This document shows positions 1-12,794 of a stretch of DNA of 64,000 nt, piece by piece. The notes beneath the pieces were generated by a model. The model did no database searches. It was not told where the DNA came from and worked only from the letters and a program-made list of their open reading frames with translations. The stretch spans positions 1 to 64,000 of the forward strand of contig JAZGFI010000243.1 of the NCBI GenBank assembly GCA_036479435.1, given 5' to 3'. This DNA is from Planctomycetota bacterium (lineage in GTDB: Bacteria > Planctomycetota > GCA-002687715 > DRQF01). The position numbers were made by a program, and so were the translations under genes. Numbering within the stretch: position 1 is the stretch's first letter; every line of letters begins with the position of its first letter.

Positions 1-55
1 CTCTTTGACGCCATGGGCTTGGGCGGGAGCGCGCTCAGCGGTCGGCGAAGCCTAA
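1..55 (+). CDS. tnpC: 3' end of IS66-family transposase TnpC (partial, runs off window start)
   Basis: Frame starting at base 2 reads SLTPWAWAGARSAVGEA*. The L-x-P-W-x-W motif is the typical TnpC C-terminus, and an IS66-type end follows at 113-126. Confidence 0.7.
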   Translation, partial: SLTPWAWAGARSAVGEA

Positions 56-126
56 GCAATCATCAACAACTCGACTCCTTGCCGTGATTCTGGCTCCACA
101 ACTCTCAGATCACACCGGACACTTAC
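1..126 (+). mobile_element. Right end of an IS66 element (inner element), IRR at 113-126
   Basis: caccggacacttac at 113-126 reads inward as GTAAGTGTCCGGTG, matching the GTAA-initial IS66 terminal repeat; it lies downstream of the tnpC stop. Confidence 0.75.
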
Positions 127-457
127 ATCGTAAGACCCCAAGCAGGCGGGAAAGCTCCTTGGAATCGAAGCCGTTGCGCACGCTAAGTTGAAGCGATCCG
201 CCAAACTCAATCTTGAAGACTGACCCCGCGCCGCCACCACACAGATCGGTGGCCTTTACTTTCACCGGTAAAAACAGTGAGCCCTTAGAGCTTGGCTTTG
301 GCGTCTTCGGGTTCACTGACAGTCGATTGCGCCAGTAGATCAGCCGCGAGTATCCAACTCCAACCCTCCCGGCGTATGATCTTAGGGACTCGACTTCCGG
401 ATCGAAGCCAGCCAACGCCGCCCTCATCTCAACTTCTACGCTCTTCATTGCGATCAC
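110..457 (-). CDS. tnpA: IS66 accessory protein TnpA (last codons run into the inner element)
   Basis: HTH-like SLRSYAGRVGVGYSRLIYWRNRL, then FLPVKV and IEFGGSLQLSVRNGFDSKELSRLLGVL, the typical IS66 orf1 pattern. Confidence 0.8.
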   Translation of the reverse strand: MIAMKSVEVEMRAALAGFDPEVESLRSYAGRVGVGYSRLIYWRNRLSVNPKTPKPSSKGSLFLPVKVKATDLCGGGAGSVFKIEFGGSLQLSVRNGFDSKELSRLLGVLRCKCPV

Positions 458-531
458 TCCTCAGGAACAAAAGAGGAGGTATCTTGTGCTCTGTCAGCGC
501 GACAAAAAGATGGGGTTCACCGGACAGTTAC
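127..531 (-). mobile_element. Left end of a second IS66 element (outer element), IRL at 518-531, interrupted at 126/127
   Basis: GTAACTGTCCGGTGAACCCC starts at 531 on the minus strand and is followed by a tnpA-like ORF. Identity with the intact paralogous gene (near 2378) resumes exactly at 532. Confidence 0.8.
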
Positions 532-1969
532 CTACCACCGCGCCGAGTACGCGATCCACATCGAGGCCGATTCGCGGCACTTGGCTGGAAGCGGGATTGA
601 GGTTGCAGGCTTCGCCGAAACTGCTCGTCCCCCTGACGGTGGGATCGATGAGTCGAAGTTCGGCCGGTGAACCTGGGGAGACGAAGTCTGGATAATCATA
701 CTCCACCAGCAGCACTTCTTTTAGGGAGTCGCCGGTGGTATCGACAGCCGAAACCAGACCGACCCATACGTCCTGTATGCCCACCCCGGCAAAGTCGACA
801 AGTAACCTCATGTTGTTCCCAGTTTCACCGCTGATCAACCGACCAAACGCACTCGAAAACGTCGTGCTGGGAATAAACGTTCGATCAGCGTAAAAATCAC
901 CGATTCCATCACGGTTGATATCTCCGACACCCTCGAAAAAGCCGTAGCTTGAAATGCAACCGTAGGGCCCCGAAAAGGGGGGAACTACACCACTAATGTT
1001 GACCAGCAGCGTAAGATTGGAAGTCCATTCATACTGTGAGATCAGTTGGCCCGAAGGCAAAGAGTGGATTCGGAATTCACCACGCCCGCCAAGAGTGTTC
1101 AGCACCGTGGCTTCAAAAACTCCGATGTCGGGGATCTGGTCTCCGTCGTGGTCTCCCACGGCCGCGATTGAACACCCATAGGTGCCGTATCCATTCGATA
1201 ACCTCACCACGCCGGTGGGCGCATTCAGCACCGTTAGCGGGGCTCCCGTCGCGGCCGAAAAGACGGTCACGTTGCCCATGTTTGCAATGAAAAGATCGGC
1301 AATAGCAAACTCCGAAAGTCCGTCACCATCGAGGTCGCCAATCCGAACTGCCCCTCGGTCGCCAAGGTCTGAAATAGGCGCGAGTATGGGAGTCAAAGGA
1401 GGGAGCGCATAAATCTGGGAGTCAAGGTTGATGGAATAGGCCCAAAAGGAATCGTCACCATTCGTAGACTGGACGCGAAACAAAATGTCGTCACAGCCGT
1501 CGAAATCGATATCTCCGAGGGCCACGGGGTGAAATAGCTCCACGACTCCCACGATGGCTGGCATGCTCCAGATGAGTTGTCCACTCAATGCATCGACAAT
1601 TCGCGATCCAGCCTGAGTTCGTAGCCAAACATCCTGATTGCCGTCGCCATCGACATCACCGACCGGGAGAAAACGTCGGTTGTTGGGCGCGCGCAGGCCA
1701 AATATCGGCAAATCGCCAGGCGGCATCGTCACGGTGACGATCGTGGTGCCGGTCGTCGCGGAAAGGATGGTGTAGAGATTGTTACTGGAGTCGTAATAGG
1801 CAATGTCGTTGATGCCATCCCCGTCAAGATCACCGGGTATAGCGGCTAAGTGGTCGATAAAAACACCCGCCGTCGTGTGACTCCAAATGGTCGTTTGCGC
1901 CCGAACACTGCCCAACAGCCCAACCAACAGCAGTCCGAAAATCGCAGCAGCTTGCAGGAGACTCTTCAC
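532..1969 (-). pseudogene. FG-GAP/VCBS repeat secreted protein, C-terminally truncated by IS66
   Basis: GTG start at 1969 with AAGGAAG upstream; signal peptide ending VRA-Q; repeated GD(L/V/I)DGDG motifs. Matches the paralogue up to LGAVV, then switches to IS-derived sequence. Confidence 0.8.
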
Positions 1970-2036
1970 GTTGTTGACTTCCTTTTTCATCCGACATCGT
2001 GGCATGTCCGTCCCGCCGCCGCAACGATGGAACCTA

Positions 2037-3806
2037 CTACAACTCCAAGGCCATGCCTTGGCTGGCTGAAAACCGGCTGAGGCCGGACAAGGACAAGTCC
2101 TCAACGATCCACTGAGCGTACACCGTCGAGCCGGCTAAAGAAACGGGGATGACGCCGCTGTTGACGCTCGCCCAACCTTCAAGCGGGCCGCGAGCTTCGG
2201 TGATGCGTGGAGTGATGTGGTCGGCACTTACCAAGAGCGACAGTTGGCAATCACTGGTAGCGCCGATGGCGAGCGGTAACGCTAAGTTGCCCCAGGCCGT
2301 GTTGGAGGCTCCGAACACCAAGAAAGCTAGTTGTCCCACGGGCACGCCCGATAGATTCACGGTGACGGTGTCGCCAACTACCACCGCGCCGAGTACGCGA
2401 TCCACATCGAGGCCAATACGCGGCACTTGGCTGGAAGCGGGATTGAGGTTGCAGGCTTCGCCGAAGGTGGTCGTCCCCCTGACGGTGGGATCGATGAGTT
2501 GGAGTTCGGCCGGTCCGCCCGGTGCGATGAAGTCCGGATAGTCATACTGCACCAGCAGCACTTCCTTTAGGGAGTCGCCGTTGGTGTCAACTGCTGAGAC
2601 CAGACCGATCCACACGTCTGCTCCCGGCCCGGCAGGATCGACGAGTGATCTCATGGCATCCCCAGACTCACCGCAGATCAATGTGCCATCCGCGCTTGTT
2701 AGAACCGTGCTGAGTCCTGGCGACTGATCAATGTAGAAATCGTCAATTCCATCACGATTGATGTCTCCGACGCCCTGAAAAACGCCGCGCGCTGTATCGC
2801 ATCGGTAGGGCCCCGAAAAGGGGGGAACCACACCACTAATGTTGATCGGCGTCGTAAGATTGGACGCCCACTCAAAGTGTGAGATCAATTGGCCCGAGGG
2901 CAAAGAATGGATTCGAAACTCGCCAAGCCCGCCAAGAGTGTTCAACACGGTGGCTTCAAAGACTCCAATGTCCGGGATCTGATCGCCGTCGTGGTCGCCG
3001 ACGGCTGCGATCGAACAACCGTAAGTTCCGTATCCAAGTGACAACCTCACCACACCGGTGGGCGCATTCAACACCGTTAGCGGGGCCCCAGTCGCGGCCG
3101 AAAAGACGGTCACGTTGCCCATGTTTGCGATGAAACGATCGGCGATAGCGAATTCCAAAAGTCCATCACCATCGAGGTCACCAATTCGAACTGCCCCTCG
3201 GTCGCCCAGGTCTAGGCTAGGCGCGGGACTCAAAGGAGGAAGCGCATAGATTTGGGAGTCGAGGTTGATGGAATAGGCCCAAAAGGAATCGTCGCCGTTC
3301 GTTGAATGGACGCGAAACAAAAGGTCGTCGCAGCCGTCGAAATCGATATCTCCGAGGGCCACGGGCTGAAACAGCTCCACGACTCCCACGATGGCTGGCA
3401 TGCTCCAGATGAGTTGTCCACTCAAAGCATCGACGATCCTCGATCCGGCCTGAGTACGCAGCCAAACGTCTTGACCACCGTCGCCGTCCACATCACCGAC
3501 CGGAAGAAAACGCCGGCTGCGGGGTGAGACAGTGCCAAATATCGGCATGTCGCCAGGTGGCATCGTCACCGTGACGATCGTAGTGCCAGTCGCCGCGGAA
3601 AGGATGGTGTAGAGGTTATTGCTGGCGTCGTAGTACGCGACATCGTTGATGCCATCCCCGTCAAGATCACCCGGTATCGGGGCGAAATTATCGATAAAGA
3701 CACCCGCCGTCGTGTGACTCCAAATGGTCGTTTGCGCTCGAACACTGCCCAACAGCCCAACCAACAGCAGTCCGAAAATCGCAACAGCTTGTGATAGGTT
3801 CTTCAT
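2037..3806 (-). CDS. FG-GAP/VCBS (integrin-alpha-like beta-propeller) secreted protein with C-terminal beta-sandwich domain
   Basis: Signal peptide; about 7 GDxDGDG calcium-binding repeats; C-terminal ...LAGSTVYAQWIVED...FSASQGMALEL domain. Confidence 0.85.
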   Translation of the reverse strand: MKNLSQAVAIFGLLLVGLLGSVRAQTTIWSHTTAGVFIDNFAPIPGDLDGDGINDVAYYDASNNLYTILSAATGTTIVTVTMPPGDMPIFGTVSPRSRRFLPVGDVDGDGGQDVWLRTQAGSRIVDALSGQLIWSMPAIVGVVELFQPVALGDIDFDGCDDLLFRVHSTNGDDSFWAYSINLDSQIYALPPLSPAPSLDLGDRGAVRIGDLDGDGLLEFAIADRFIANMGNVTVFSAATGAPLTVLNAPTGVVRLSLGYGTYGCSIAAVGDHDGDQIPDIGVFEATVLNTLGGLGEFRIHSLPSGQLISHFEWASNLTTPINISGVVPPFSGPYRCDTARGVFQGVGDINRDGIDDFYIDQSPGLSTVLTSADGTLICGESGDAMRSLVDPAGPGADVWIGLVSAVDTNGDSLKEVLLVQYDYPDFIAPGGPAELQLIDPTVRGTTTFGEACNLNPASSQVPRIGLDVDRVLGAVVVGDTVTVNLSGVPVGQLAFLVFGASNTAWGNLALPLAIGATSDCQLSLLVSADHITPRITEARGPLEGWASVNSGVIPVSLAGSTVYAQWIVEDLSLSGLSRFSASQGMALEL

Positions 3807-3818
3807 GGTGATCGCTTC

Positions 3819-5923
<2,105 letters not shown>

Positions 5924-6091
5924 CGGATTTTGGATCTCAATCATGTTTCTCTCCTAGCTTGAATCGGCTAGGAGCCTACACCCGCGGCAACTGCGGTGTC
6001 AACGAACAACTCCAATACCCAGTAATCCCGCAGCTGTCCTCTGACATGATCCCAAAGGGCTGCGTTCGTCAAATCCGGCAGGGCTGCCAGG

Positions 6092-7201
6092 CTATTCGCT
6101 GAAGTACTTGGAGAGGCGGGGGCCGCGTTGTTGGGCGTAGTGGTTGGCTCCCCCGCTTCCGTAGGCCGTTCGCGCGGGACTGCAGAGGCGTTCGTAGACC
6201 ATCTTGCAGATGGGCTGACCGTGTCGAAGGATGAGGTCGTCGTCGTAGGGGCGAACTTCTAAGACCGCCGGAGTGCCCTTTTCTTCGCCGGAAGTGCCGA
6301 AGCCGAAACCCGGATCGAAGAAACCCGCGTAGTGGGCGCGAAACTCACCCGCGGTGGTTTCGTAGGGCAGCATTTCTACGGCGTAACTCATCGGCACGCG
6401 CAGGTACTCGAGCGTTGACAAGATGTAGAACTGTCCTTTGAGCAACATCAGTCGTTCGCTGCGGGGGCGCAAGATCGGTTCGAAAAAATCGCTGGGATCG
6501 TGGCGGTGCGGCTCATCCAAAATGAGGGGTTCGGGCGCCCGCCTGGCGACGTAGCCGACGACATCTTGGTCGAGGTCGATCGACATGAGGATGCCCTGGT
6601 CGATTTCATGGCCAGACATCGACAGCGGCACGCTCGCCTTGTCGTAAAGGAGTGGGGATTCGGCGATAAGTTCTCTCATTGCGGCATCGCCCAAGATTTC
6701 GCGTTCGCCGTAAAAAATCGCCTGGTTCAGCGAGACGCCGGCCCGCACACGAATGTCGAAGGACTTTGAGATCACTTCGAGCCACAAGGGTCCTTTGTAG
6801 CCCCGCCGGTGTTTTTCGTAACGCGGATTGCCGTCGCTGATCGTTCGGGTTTGCAGATCAATGCGACCCGTACTGCTTTTGTTGTTGGTGTAGGCACCGA
6901 TGGACGGCGGGAGGTTCAAACCCTCGTTCAATCGAATGAGGTAAACCTGTCCTCGGTCGAGGAACTGAGGTTCGCTCAAATCAACGGGCCGGGCGTAGAA
7001 ACGATCCAACAGATCGCGAACTCGTTCGCCCCGCAGCGGCAAGATAGAGCCGGGGATTTTGTAGGCCTCGGCCGAAAGGGTCAAATCCAAACTCGCGGGT
7101 TGGATCTGCGAAGGCTGAATCGCCTGGTCGCAGGGCACGCATCCCTTTTCGATCAGCGTTTCAATAAACGCAGCCGAAAGTGCTCCACGAACGTTTTCCA
7201 T
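6092..7201 (-). CDS. dcd: 2'-deoxycytidine 5'-triphosphate deaminase (long form)
   Basis: QIQPASLDL, NKSSTGRID, GEFRAHYAGFFDPGFG and VLEVR motifs; directly downstream of nrdJ. Confidence 0.9.
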   Translation of the reverse strand: MENVRGALSAAFIETLIEKGCVPCDQAIQPSQIQPASLDLTLSAEAYKIPGSILPLRGERVRDLLDRFYARPVDLSEPQFLDRGQVYLIRLNEGLNLPPSIGAYTNNKSSTGRIDLQTRTISDGNPRYEKHRRGYKGPLWLEVISKSFDIRVRAGVSLNQAIFYGEREILGDAAMRELIAESPLLYDKASVPLSMSGHEIDQGILMSIDLDQDVVGYVARRAPEPLILDEPHRHDPSDFFEPILRPRSERLMLLKGQFYILSTLEYLRVPMSYAVEMLPYETTAGEFRAHYAGFFDPGFGFGTSGEEKGTPAVLEVRPYDDDLILRHGQPICKMVYERLCSPARTAYGSGGANHYAQQRGPRLSKYFSE

Positions 7202-7290
7202 CGTTTGACAAATCCACCGCAACGAAAAAAGGGCCGACCATGGGGCCGATACCCCATCGTCGGCACTCAATTCAGTTTTTGTTTAAGGGC

Positions 7291-10200
7291 TTAGGAACAT
7301 CCCATCGACGCACCGCAGTTCATGCATTTGTAGCAAGCCCCGCTGCGCACCGTGACGTGTCCGCAAGAATCGCAAAAAGGAGCATCACCCATCATGCTTT
7401 GGAAGTAGTCTTCCACCGCCCCGGTCGAAGCATCGGCAAGGCGCCCTTGCGAAACCGGCTTCGCCGGACTCTCTTTTCTGCGCTCAAGATCCACGCCGAG
7501 TTGGCGGGCCTGAGATTCAACGTGCGACCGCTCTTCTTTGGCTACGGCATCCGCCTCGACCAGCGGTTCTTCCATCCCGTCCGCGGGCTTGACGTGAATG
7601 AAGTCCTGACGGCCCTCATACTCGTAGCCGAGTACCCGGAATATGAAGTCGATGACACTCGTCGCGAACTTGATGTTCGGGTGATTGACGGGCCCCTGCG
7701 GCTCAAACCGGGTGAAGGTAAAGACGTTGACGAGTTCGTCCAAGGGCACCCCATGCTGGAGTCCCAAGGAGATCGAAATCGCAAAACAGTTCATCATGCT
7801 GCGGAAGGCGGCGCCTTCTTTGTGCATATCGATGAAGATTTCGCCCAGGGTGCCGTCGTCATACTCGCCGGTACGAAGGTAGACTTTTTGCCCGCCAATG
7901 GTCGCCTCTAAGGTGAACCCGTGGCGCTTTTTGGGCAAGCGGCGACGACGACGTGCCACCGGAGCTTGGCCATGGTCGCGATTGGCGATCTCAGCCTCCA
8001 GCTCGGCAATGCGCTGTTGCGAAGTCTCGAACTCACGTTTCAAGTCAGAGTCGCTGGCCGATGACTTGGTGTCGTTGCCGCCGGCAAGCGGCTGACTGGA
8101 CTTACTGCCGTCGCGGTACAAAGCCACGGCTTTCAAGCCCAAGCCCCAACTCTCCATGTAGGCCTGGCGCACGTCGTCGACATCAACTTCGTTGGGCATG
8201 TTGATGGTCTTGGAGATCGCGCCCGAGATAAAGGGCTGCGTCGCCGCCATCATTTTGATGTGGCCCATGTGATGAATGAAGCGCTTGCCGGTAGCACCAC
8301 AACGATTGGCGCAGTCAAACACGGCAAGATCGCTATCACGAACGTGCGGGGCGCCCTCAATGGTCATCGTCCCGCAGACGACCCGGTTGACTTCAGCGAT
8401 CTGCTCGTCGCTGAAACCCAGTTCGTTCAACACCGAAAACCCGGGCTCTTCGAACTTGTCCTTCGGGATCTTCAGCCTGGTGTAAGCCTCTTCGCCAATG
8501 ACCCAGGGCGACATGGCCGACCCCAGATCAAAGACACCGGGCAGGGCTTCCTCAATCTTGTCGAGGTCCGCTTCGCAAAGGCCTTTGGCCTTCAAAGAAC
8601 GCCAATTGATGTGAGGGGCGTTATCGAGGCGCTGGGTTCCGATGATGTGATCGCGGATGTCTTTGATCTGCTCTTCGGTGTATTGAAGATTGCGCAAGGC
8701 GGGCATGATCGAGTTGTTCATGATCTTGAAGTATCCGCCGCCAGCGAGCTTTTTGAACTTCACCAAGGCGAAGTCAGGCTCGACACCGGTCGTATCACAG
8801 TCCATGAGCAAACCGATGGTTCCCGTCGGTGCGAGGACGGTGGCTTGCGCGTTGCGGTAGCCGTGTTTTTCACCGAGAGCGACAGCGCGCTCCCAGTCTT
8901 CACGGGCTGCCGCCACCAAATCGCTACCGGCATCGTCCACCGAGATCTCAGCCGCCGCGTCGCGATGCATGCGCATCACTTCGAGCATCGGCTCGCGATT
9001 CGCTTCAAAGCCCGCAAAAGGACCGACCTGGGCGGCTAATTCCGCGGAGGTGGCGTAGGCGGTGCCGGTCATGATGGCGGTGATGGCTCCGGCGACGGCG
9101 CGGCCCTTATCCGAATCGTAGGGCAAACCTGAAACCATCAGCAATGCGCCGAGGTTGGCGTAGCCAAGGCCGAGGGGGCGAAAATCGTGGCTGTTTTCGG
9201 CGATCTGTTTGGTGGGATAGGACGCGAAATCAATGACGATTTCTTGGGCCACGAAGAAGGTGCGACAGGCCTGCCGGAAGCCGGCGATGTCGAAGGTGCC
9301 GTCTTCTCCTTGGTACTTGAGCAAGTTGATCGACGCCAAGTTGCAAGCGGTGTCGTCGAGGAACATGTATTCAGAGCAAGGATTCGAGGCGTTGATCCGG
9401 CCCGTGTTCTTGCAGGTGTGCCAACGATTGATCGTTGAGTCGTACTGCATTCCGGGATCAGCGCAGCGCCACGCCGACTGGCTGACCTTGTCCATCAGTT
9501 CGCGAGCTTTGAAGGTCTCGCCAACTTCATTGGTCGTGCGAAAACGGGTTTCCCACTCGCCGTCGTTGAGCACACGTTCCATGAACTCGTCGGTCACCCG
9601 AACCGAGTTGTTGGAGTTTTGACCCGAGACGGTGCGGTAGGCTTCGCCGTTGAAGTCACTGTCATAACCCGCGTTGATGAGGGCCTGAACTTTGTCTTCC
9701 TCTTTGGACTTCCAAGTGATGAAGTTCGAAATCTCCGGGTGGTCCATGTCCAGGATCACCATCTTGGCGGCGCGACGCGTGGTGCCGCCGGACTTGGTGG
9801 CTCCCGCTGCCTTGTCGAGCACTTCTAAAAAGGACATCAATCCAGAGGACGTCCCGCCGCCCGCCAATAGTTCGCCTTCACCTCGAATCGAGGAGAAGTT
9901 GGTCCCGGTGCCGGAGCCGAACTTAAACAGTCGCATCTCGCGCTTCACGGCATCAGCGATGTCTAAAAGATCGTCTTCGATACTTTGAATGAAACAGGCC
10001 GACATCTGTGGGTAGGAATAGGAGTCCTTGGTTTCAGCCACCGCGCCCTGGGCCTCGTCCCAATACCAGTTGCCGACGGCTTTGCCCTTGATGCCATGCT
10101 GGCGTTCAAGTCCGCAGTTGAACCAAACCGGAGAGTTGAAAGCGCCGCGCTGGGTGACGAGGAGGTAGGTCAGCTCGTCTTCGAAGCTGTCGGCTTCGGA

Positions 10201-10623
10201 TTTATTGACGAAGTAGCCACCCACTTGCTCCCCGTAGGCGCGGATGGAGCGCGCGACCCGACGCACGACCTGACGGACGCTGACTTCGTGACCGGTTTTG
10301 GGAACACCCGCCTTACGGAAGTACTTTGAAACGACGATGTCGGTGGCGAGCTGCGAGAATTCGACCGGGACCTCGACGTCATCCATACTAAAGACCACGG
10401 AGCCATCCGGGTTTTTGATGGTGCTCCGACGCTGGGTCCACTCGACTTGGTCAAAGGGATCGACTCCGGGCTGACTGAAGCGACGTTCAAAGGTCAATCC
10501 AGACTTGCTGCCCCGCCGACTCGACGATTTGGCCATGGACTTGCCTCCTTTTCCCACGCGACCACCGGCCTGCACTCTATCCGCCAAAGCTCCGCTTTTG
10601 GCTTTCCCGCTCGCCTTCGCCAT
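7291..10623 (-). CDS. nrdJ: Vitamin B12-dependent class II ribonucleotide reductase
   Basis: [41 protein letters not shown], a TSCPD-like domain and terminal CxxC...CxxC. Start may be 10623 or 10536. Confidence 0.95.
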   Translation of the reverse strand: MAKASGKAKSGALADRVQAGGRVGKGGKSMAKSSSRRGSKSGLTFERRFSQPGVDPFDQVEWTQRRSTIKNPDGSVVFSMDDVEVPVEFSQLATDIVVSKYFRKAGVPKTGHEVSVRQVVRRVARSIRAYGEQVGGYFVNKSEADSFEDELTYLLVTQRGAFNSPVWFNCGLERQHGIKGKAVGNWYWDEAQGAVAETKDSYSYPQMSACFIQSIEDDLLDIADAVKREMRLFKFGSGTGTNFSSIRGEGELLAGGGTSSGLMSFLEVLDKAAGATKSGGTTRRAAKMVILDMDHPEISNFITWKSKEEDKVQALINAGYDSDFNGEAYRTVSGQNSNNSVRVTDEFMERVLNDGEWETRFRTTNEVGETFKARELMDKVSQSAWRCADPGMQYDSTINRWHTCKNTGRINASNPCSEYMFLDDTACNLASINLLKYQGEDGTFDIAGFRQACRTFFVAQEIVIDFASYPTKQIAENSHDFRPLGLGYANLGALLMVSGLPYDSDKGRAVAGAITAIMTGTAYATSAELAAQVGPFAGFEANREPMLEVMRMHRDAAAEISVDDAGSDLVAAAREDWERAVALGEKHGYRNAQATVLAPTGTIGLLMDCDTTGVEPDFALVKFKKLAGGGYFKIMNNSIMPALRNLQYTEEQIKDIRDHIIGTQRLDNAPHINWRSLKAKGLCEADLDKIEEALPGVFDLGSAMSPWVIGEEAYTRLKIPKDKFEEPGFSVLNELGFSDEQIAEVNRVVCGTMTIEGAPHVRDSDLAVFDCANRCGATGKRFIHHMGHIKMMAATQPFISGAISKTINMPNEVDVDDVRQAYMESWGLGLKAVALYRDGSKSSQPLAGGNDTKSSASDSDLKREFETSQQRIAELEAEIANRDHGQAPVARRRRRLPKKRHGFTLEATIGGQKVYLRTGEYDDGTLGEIFIDMHKEGAAFRSMMNCFAISISLGLQHGVPLDELVNVFTFTRFEPQGPVNHPNIKFATSVIDFIFRVLGYEYEGRQDFIHVKPADGMEEPLVEADAVAKEERSHVESQARQLGVDLERRKESPAKPVSQGRLADASTGAVEDYFQSMMGDAPFCDSCGHVTVRSGACYKCMNCGASMGCS

Positions 10624-10860
10624 CTTCCCCGTTCTCCCTCGTCTTTGGTCGGTGTCTTGGTCCAGATCACCCACCCTAGTTGCCAATTCTTTCGAGCCGC
10701 CGAAAAGCGCCGGACAACGAATTTGTTGCCGTCCAAGGCCAAAACAGGAGGGTCCGAAAGATCCGATTTCAGGTGGCCAGGTTTTGGTCCTGCTCACGGC
10801 TTTCGGCCCCCTCTTTGGCCCTTCCCGGCTCGGGTTGGGGCCGCAATTTCGGGCCATGAC

Positions 10861-10908
10861 CCCCCGTATCTCGGGGTCGCGACGGCGATCGTACACCAAA
10901 TGGTGGGG
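10861..10908. promoter_or_regulatory. Tandem NrdR boxes upstream of nrdJ
   Basis: cccccgtatctcgggg (10861-10876) and acaccaaatggtgggg (10893-10908) fit the acaCwAtATaTwGtgt core and start 32 bp apart, the usual NrdR spacing. Confidence 0.65.
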
Positions 10909-11163
10909 TGATCAAGATTCAACTGAGCGCTTTATACATTTTGTACACGGGGCCGGATCTTGGCCTCAAGCGCAGAGAAGACCGTAGCCCAGACTGGGGA
11001 CAGATGAGGGCCGATGAGCCAAAAATGAGACTGCCTCAATCTTCGCCATCGGAGTTCCTTTTTCATCCAAAATCCGCCTAAATCAACCCCCGCCTCAGCG
11101 TCGCTTGAGATCTTCGGGCGAACAGTCAGGATCGAAGCCGGACCGCCGAAAGGATTGCGATTG

Positions 11164-11640
11164 ATGCCGACTTCTGCTGACGAATTTGATTTGCCCGTGC
11201 GCTCCTATGAGATCGACGCCTACCGGCACGTCAATAACGGTGCTTACCTATCTTGGTTTGAAGACGCCCGAGAGCGTTTTCTGCGCGCCGAAGGCCGAGA
11301 CTACATGTTTTATCCCGAGCACGATCAGGCCTGGATCATGGTGGTCAAACTCGATGTCGACTTTCTGGCTGCGGCCCGGGCGGGTCAAACTCTTCATTGC
11401 CGCACTCGGCTCGTCAAGCTGGGTCGATCCAGCGTCGTTTTTCGACAGTCCCTGCGCGACTTAGAAACCGCTAAGGTCTTTTGCCGCGCGCGGGTGATCA
11501 TGGCTTTTGGCGACGGGGCTGAATCTTCGGTGGCCATCCCCGATGACTTTCGAGAGCACTACGATGTCGATGCCGGTGGCGACCTTTGGCAAAAAGACGA
11601 AGGGGGCGAACGCTCGACCTCACCCTCGCCACAAACATGA
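11164..11640 (+). CDS. Acyl-CoA thioesterase (4HBT/YbgC hot-dog fold)
   Basis: VRSYEIDAYRHVNNGAYLSWFEDAR motif. Confidence 0.9.
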   Translation: MPTSADEFDLPVRSYEIDAYRHVNNGAYLSWFEDARERFLRAEGRDYMFYPEHDQAWIMVVKLDVDFLAAARAGQTLHCRTRLVKLGRSSVVFRQSLRDLETAKVFCRARVIMAFGDGAESSVAIPDDFREHYDVDAGGDLWQKDEGGERSTSPSPQT

Positions 11641-12786
11641 GTGCCGCGCCCGCTCAGATCGGCAGTTCACGATGCCAAAATAGTCGGCTATTTGCAGCAA
11701 AGAGAAACGCAGTTGACTGAGAATTCAAGCTCACCTTTTCAGGTCTTCCGTGAGACCAAGTTCTTTGCGTCCTTAGATGGTCTGCGTTCGTTGGCAATCC
11801 TCGCCGTCATTTGGCAGCACGGCTATTCAGGCCACGGCGTGCCCCACAACGTCTTTGGCCGCGGACACCACGGCGTGGGGCTTTTCTTTGCGATCAGCGG
11901 GTTTCTCATCACCACGCTTTTGTTGCGAGAACGCGACCGCAACGGCCACATTGACTATCGAGCCTTTTTCACGCGCCGAGCCCTTCGAATCTTCCCGCTG
12001 TACTACGCCATCCTCGCCATCTACTTCACGATGGTCACCGTCTTGGACGGTCACCCCGCGCGCACTCAACTTTTTTACGACAACCTCCCCTACCACTTTG
12101 TTTATCTCAGCAACTGGTGCCCCACCGGAACCTTCGGTTTCGCCTGGTCTTTGGCAACGGAAGAACAGTTCTACTTGGTGTGGCCGTGGATCTTGATTCT
12201 GCTCCCGAAGCGCGCCCCGATTTTCGTCGTCCTCGGTATTTGGGGCCTTAAGCTCTTCCTCTATCGCGAGGTCGCCGCTGGCAACCTCGACGGTTTATGG
12301 TTTCCGACGCTTTTTTTCCGCAAGATCTCCGACTCTATTCTCGCGGGGATTTGCCTCGCCTGGTTACTCCATCACCGTCGCAGTTTCGCCATCATCCGCC
12401 CCGTCCTCGCCTTCCCCTTGGCACCCTTTGTCTACCTGGGTCTTTGCCTGTGGCTCCTCAACGGCCACTACCATCACGAAGAATGGGGTTACTTGTCGCT
12501 CGCGTTTGCTCTTTTCATCGGCAGCGCCATCATCCGCGAAGACCACAGCGCCCGCGCGATCCTCACTTTTCCGGCACTCAGCCGCATCGGCGTGGTCAGC
12601 TACGGCATGTACCTAACGCATCAAATTTTCATGAGCGGCATCTCTCGCCTCGCCGACACCCAAATCCCCCAGGCCTCTTTCCTTCGCTTCGCCATCACGA
12701 CGCTCTTGGCCTTCCTCGCCGCCAGCCTCAGCTACCGCTACTTCGAGACTCCTTTTCTAAACCTCAAGAAGCGTTTTTCACGATAA
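11641..12786 (+). CDS. Membrane acyltransferase family 3 (OafA-like)
   Basis: LDGLRSLAI, GVGLFFAISGFLIT, RRALRIFPLYY, WSLATEEQFY, SYGMYLTH and SYRYFETP motifs; true start may be the TTG at 11713. Confidence 0.9.
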   Translation: MPRPLRSAVHDAKIVGYLQQRETQLTENSSSPFQVFRETKFFASLDGLRSLAILAVIWQHGYSGHGVPHNVFGRGHHGVGLFFAISGFLITTLLLRERDRNGHIDYRAFFTRRALRIFPLYYAILAIYFTMVTVLDGHPARTQLFYDNLPYHFVYLSNWCPTGTFGFAWSLATEEQFYLVWPWILILLPKRAPIFVVLGIWGLKLFLYREVAAGNLDGLWFPTLFFRKISDSILAGICLAWLLHHRRSFAIIRPVLAFPLAPFVYLGLCLWLLNGHYHHEEWGYLSLAFALFIGSAIIREDHSARAILTFPALSRIGVVSYGMYLTHQIFMSGISRLADTQIPQASFLRFAITTLLAFLAASLSYRYFETPFLNLKKRFSR

Positions 12787-12794
12787 GTCCCTGG

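Noticed and set aside
532..3806. FG-GAP pair as DGR template/variable repeats
   Set aside because: It is a whole-gene duplication with indels and many non-adenine differences; no reverse transcriptase is in the window.
7180..9039. Long antisense ORFs opposite nrdJ (similarly opposite liuB, acs and mltA)
   Set aside because: Expected stop-poor shadow frames of GC-rich genes; no motifs of their own.
7291..10623. Intein or intron in nrdJ
   Set aside because: No C/S...HN splice motifs or LAGLIDADG blocks; the extra length is explained by the usual insertion and C-terminal domains.
10624..10899. N-terminal extension of NrdJ in the ORF track
   Set aside because: It overlaps the NrdR boxes and promoter region and shows no reductase or ATP-cone features.
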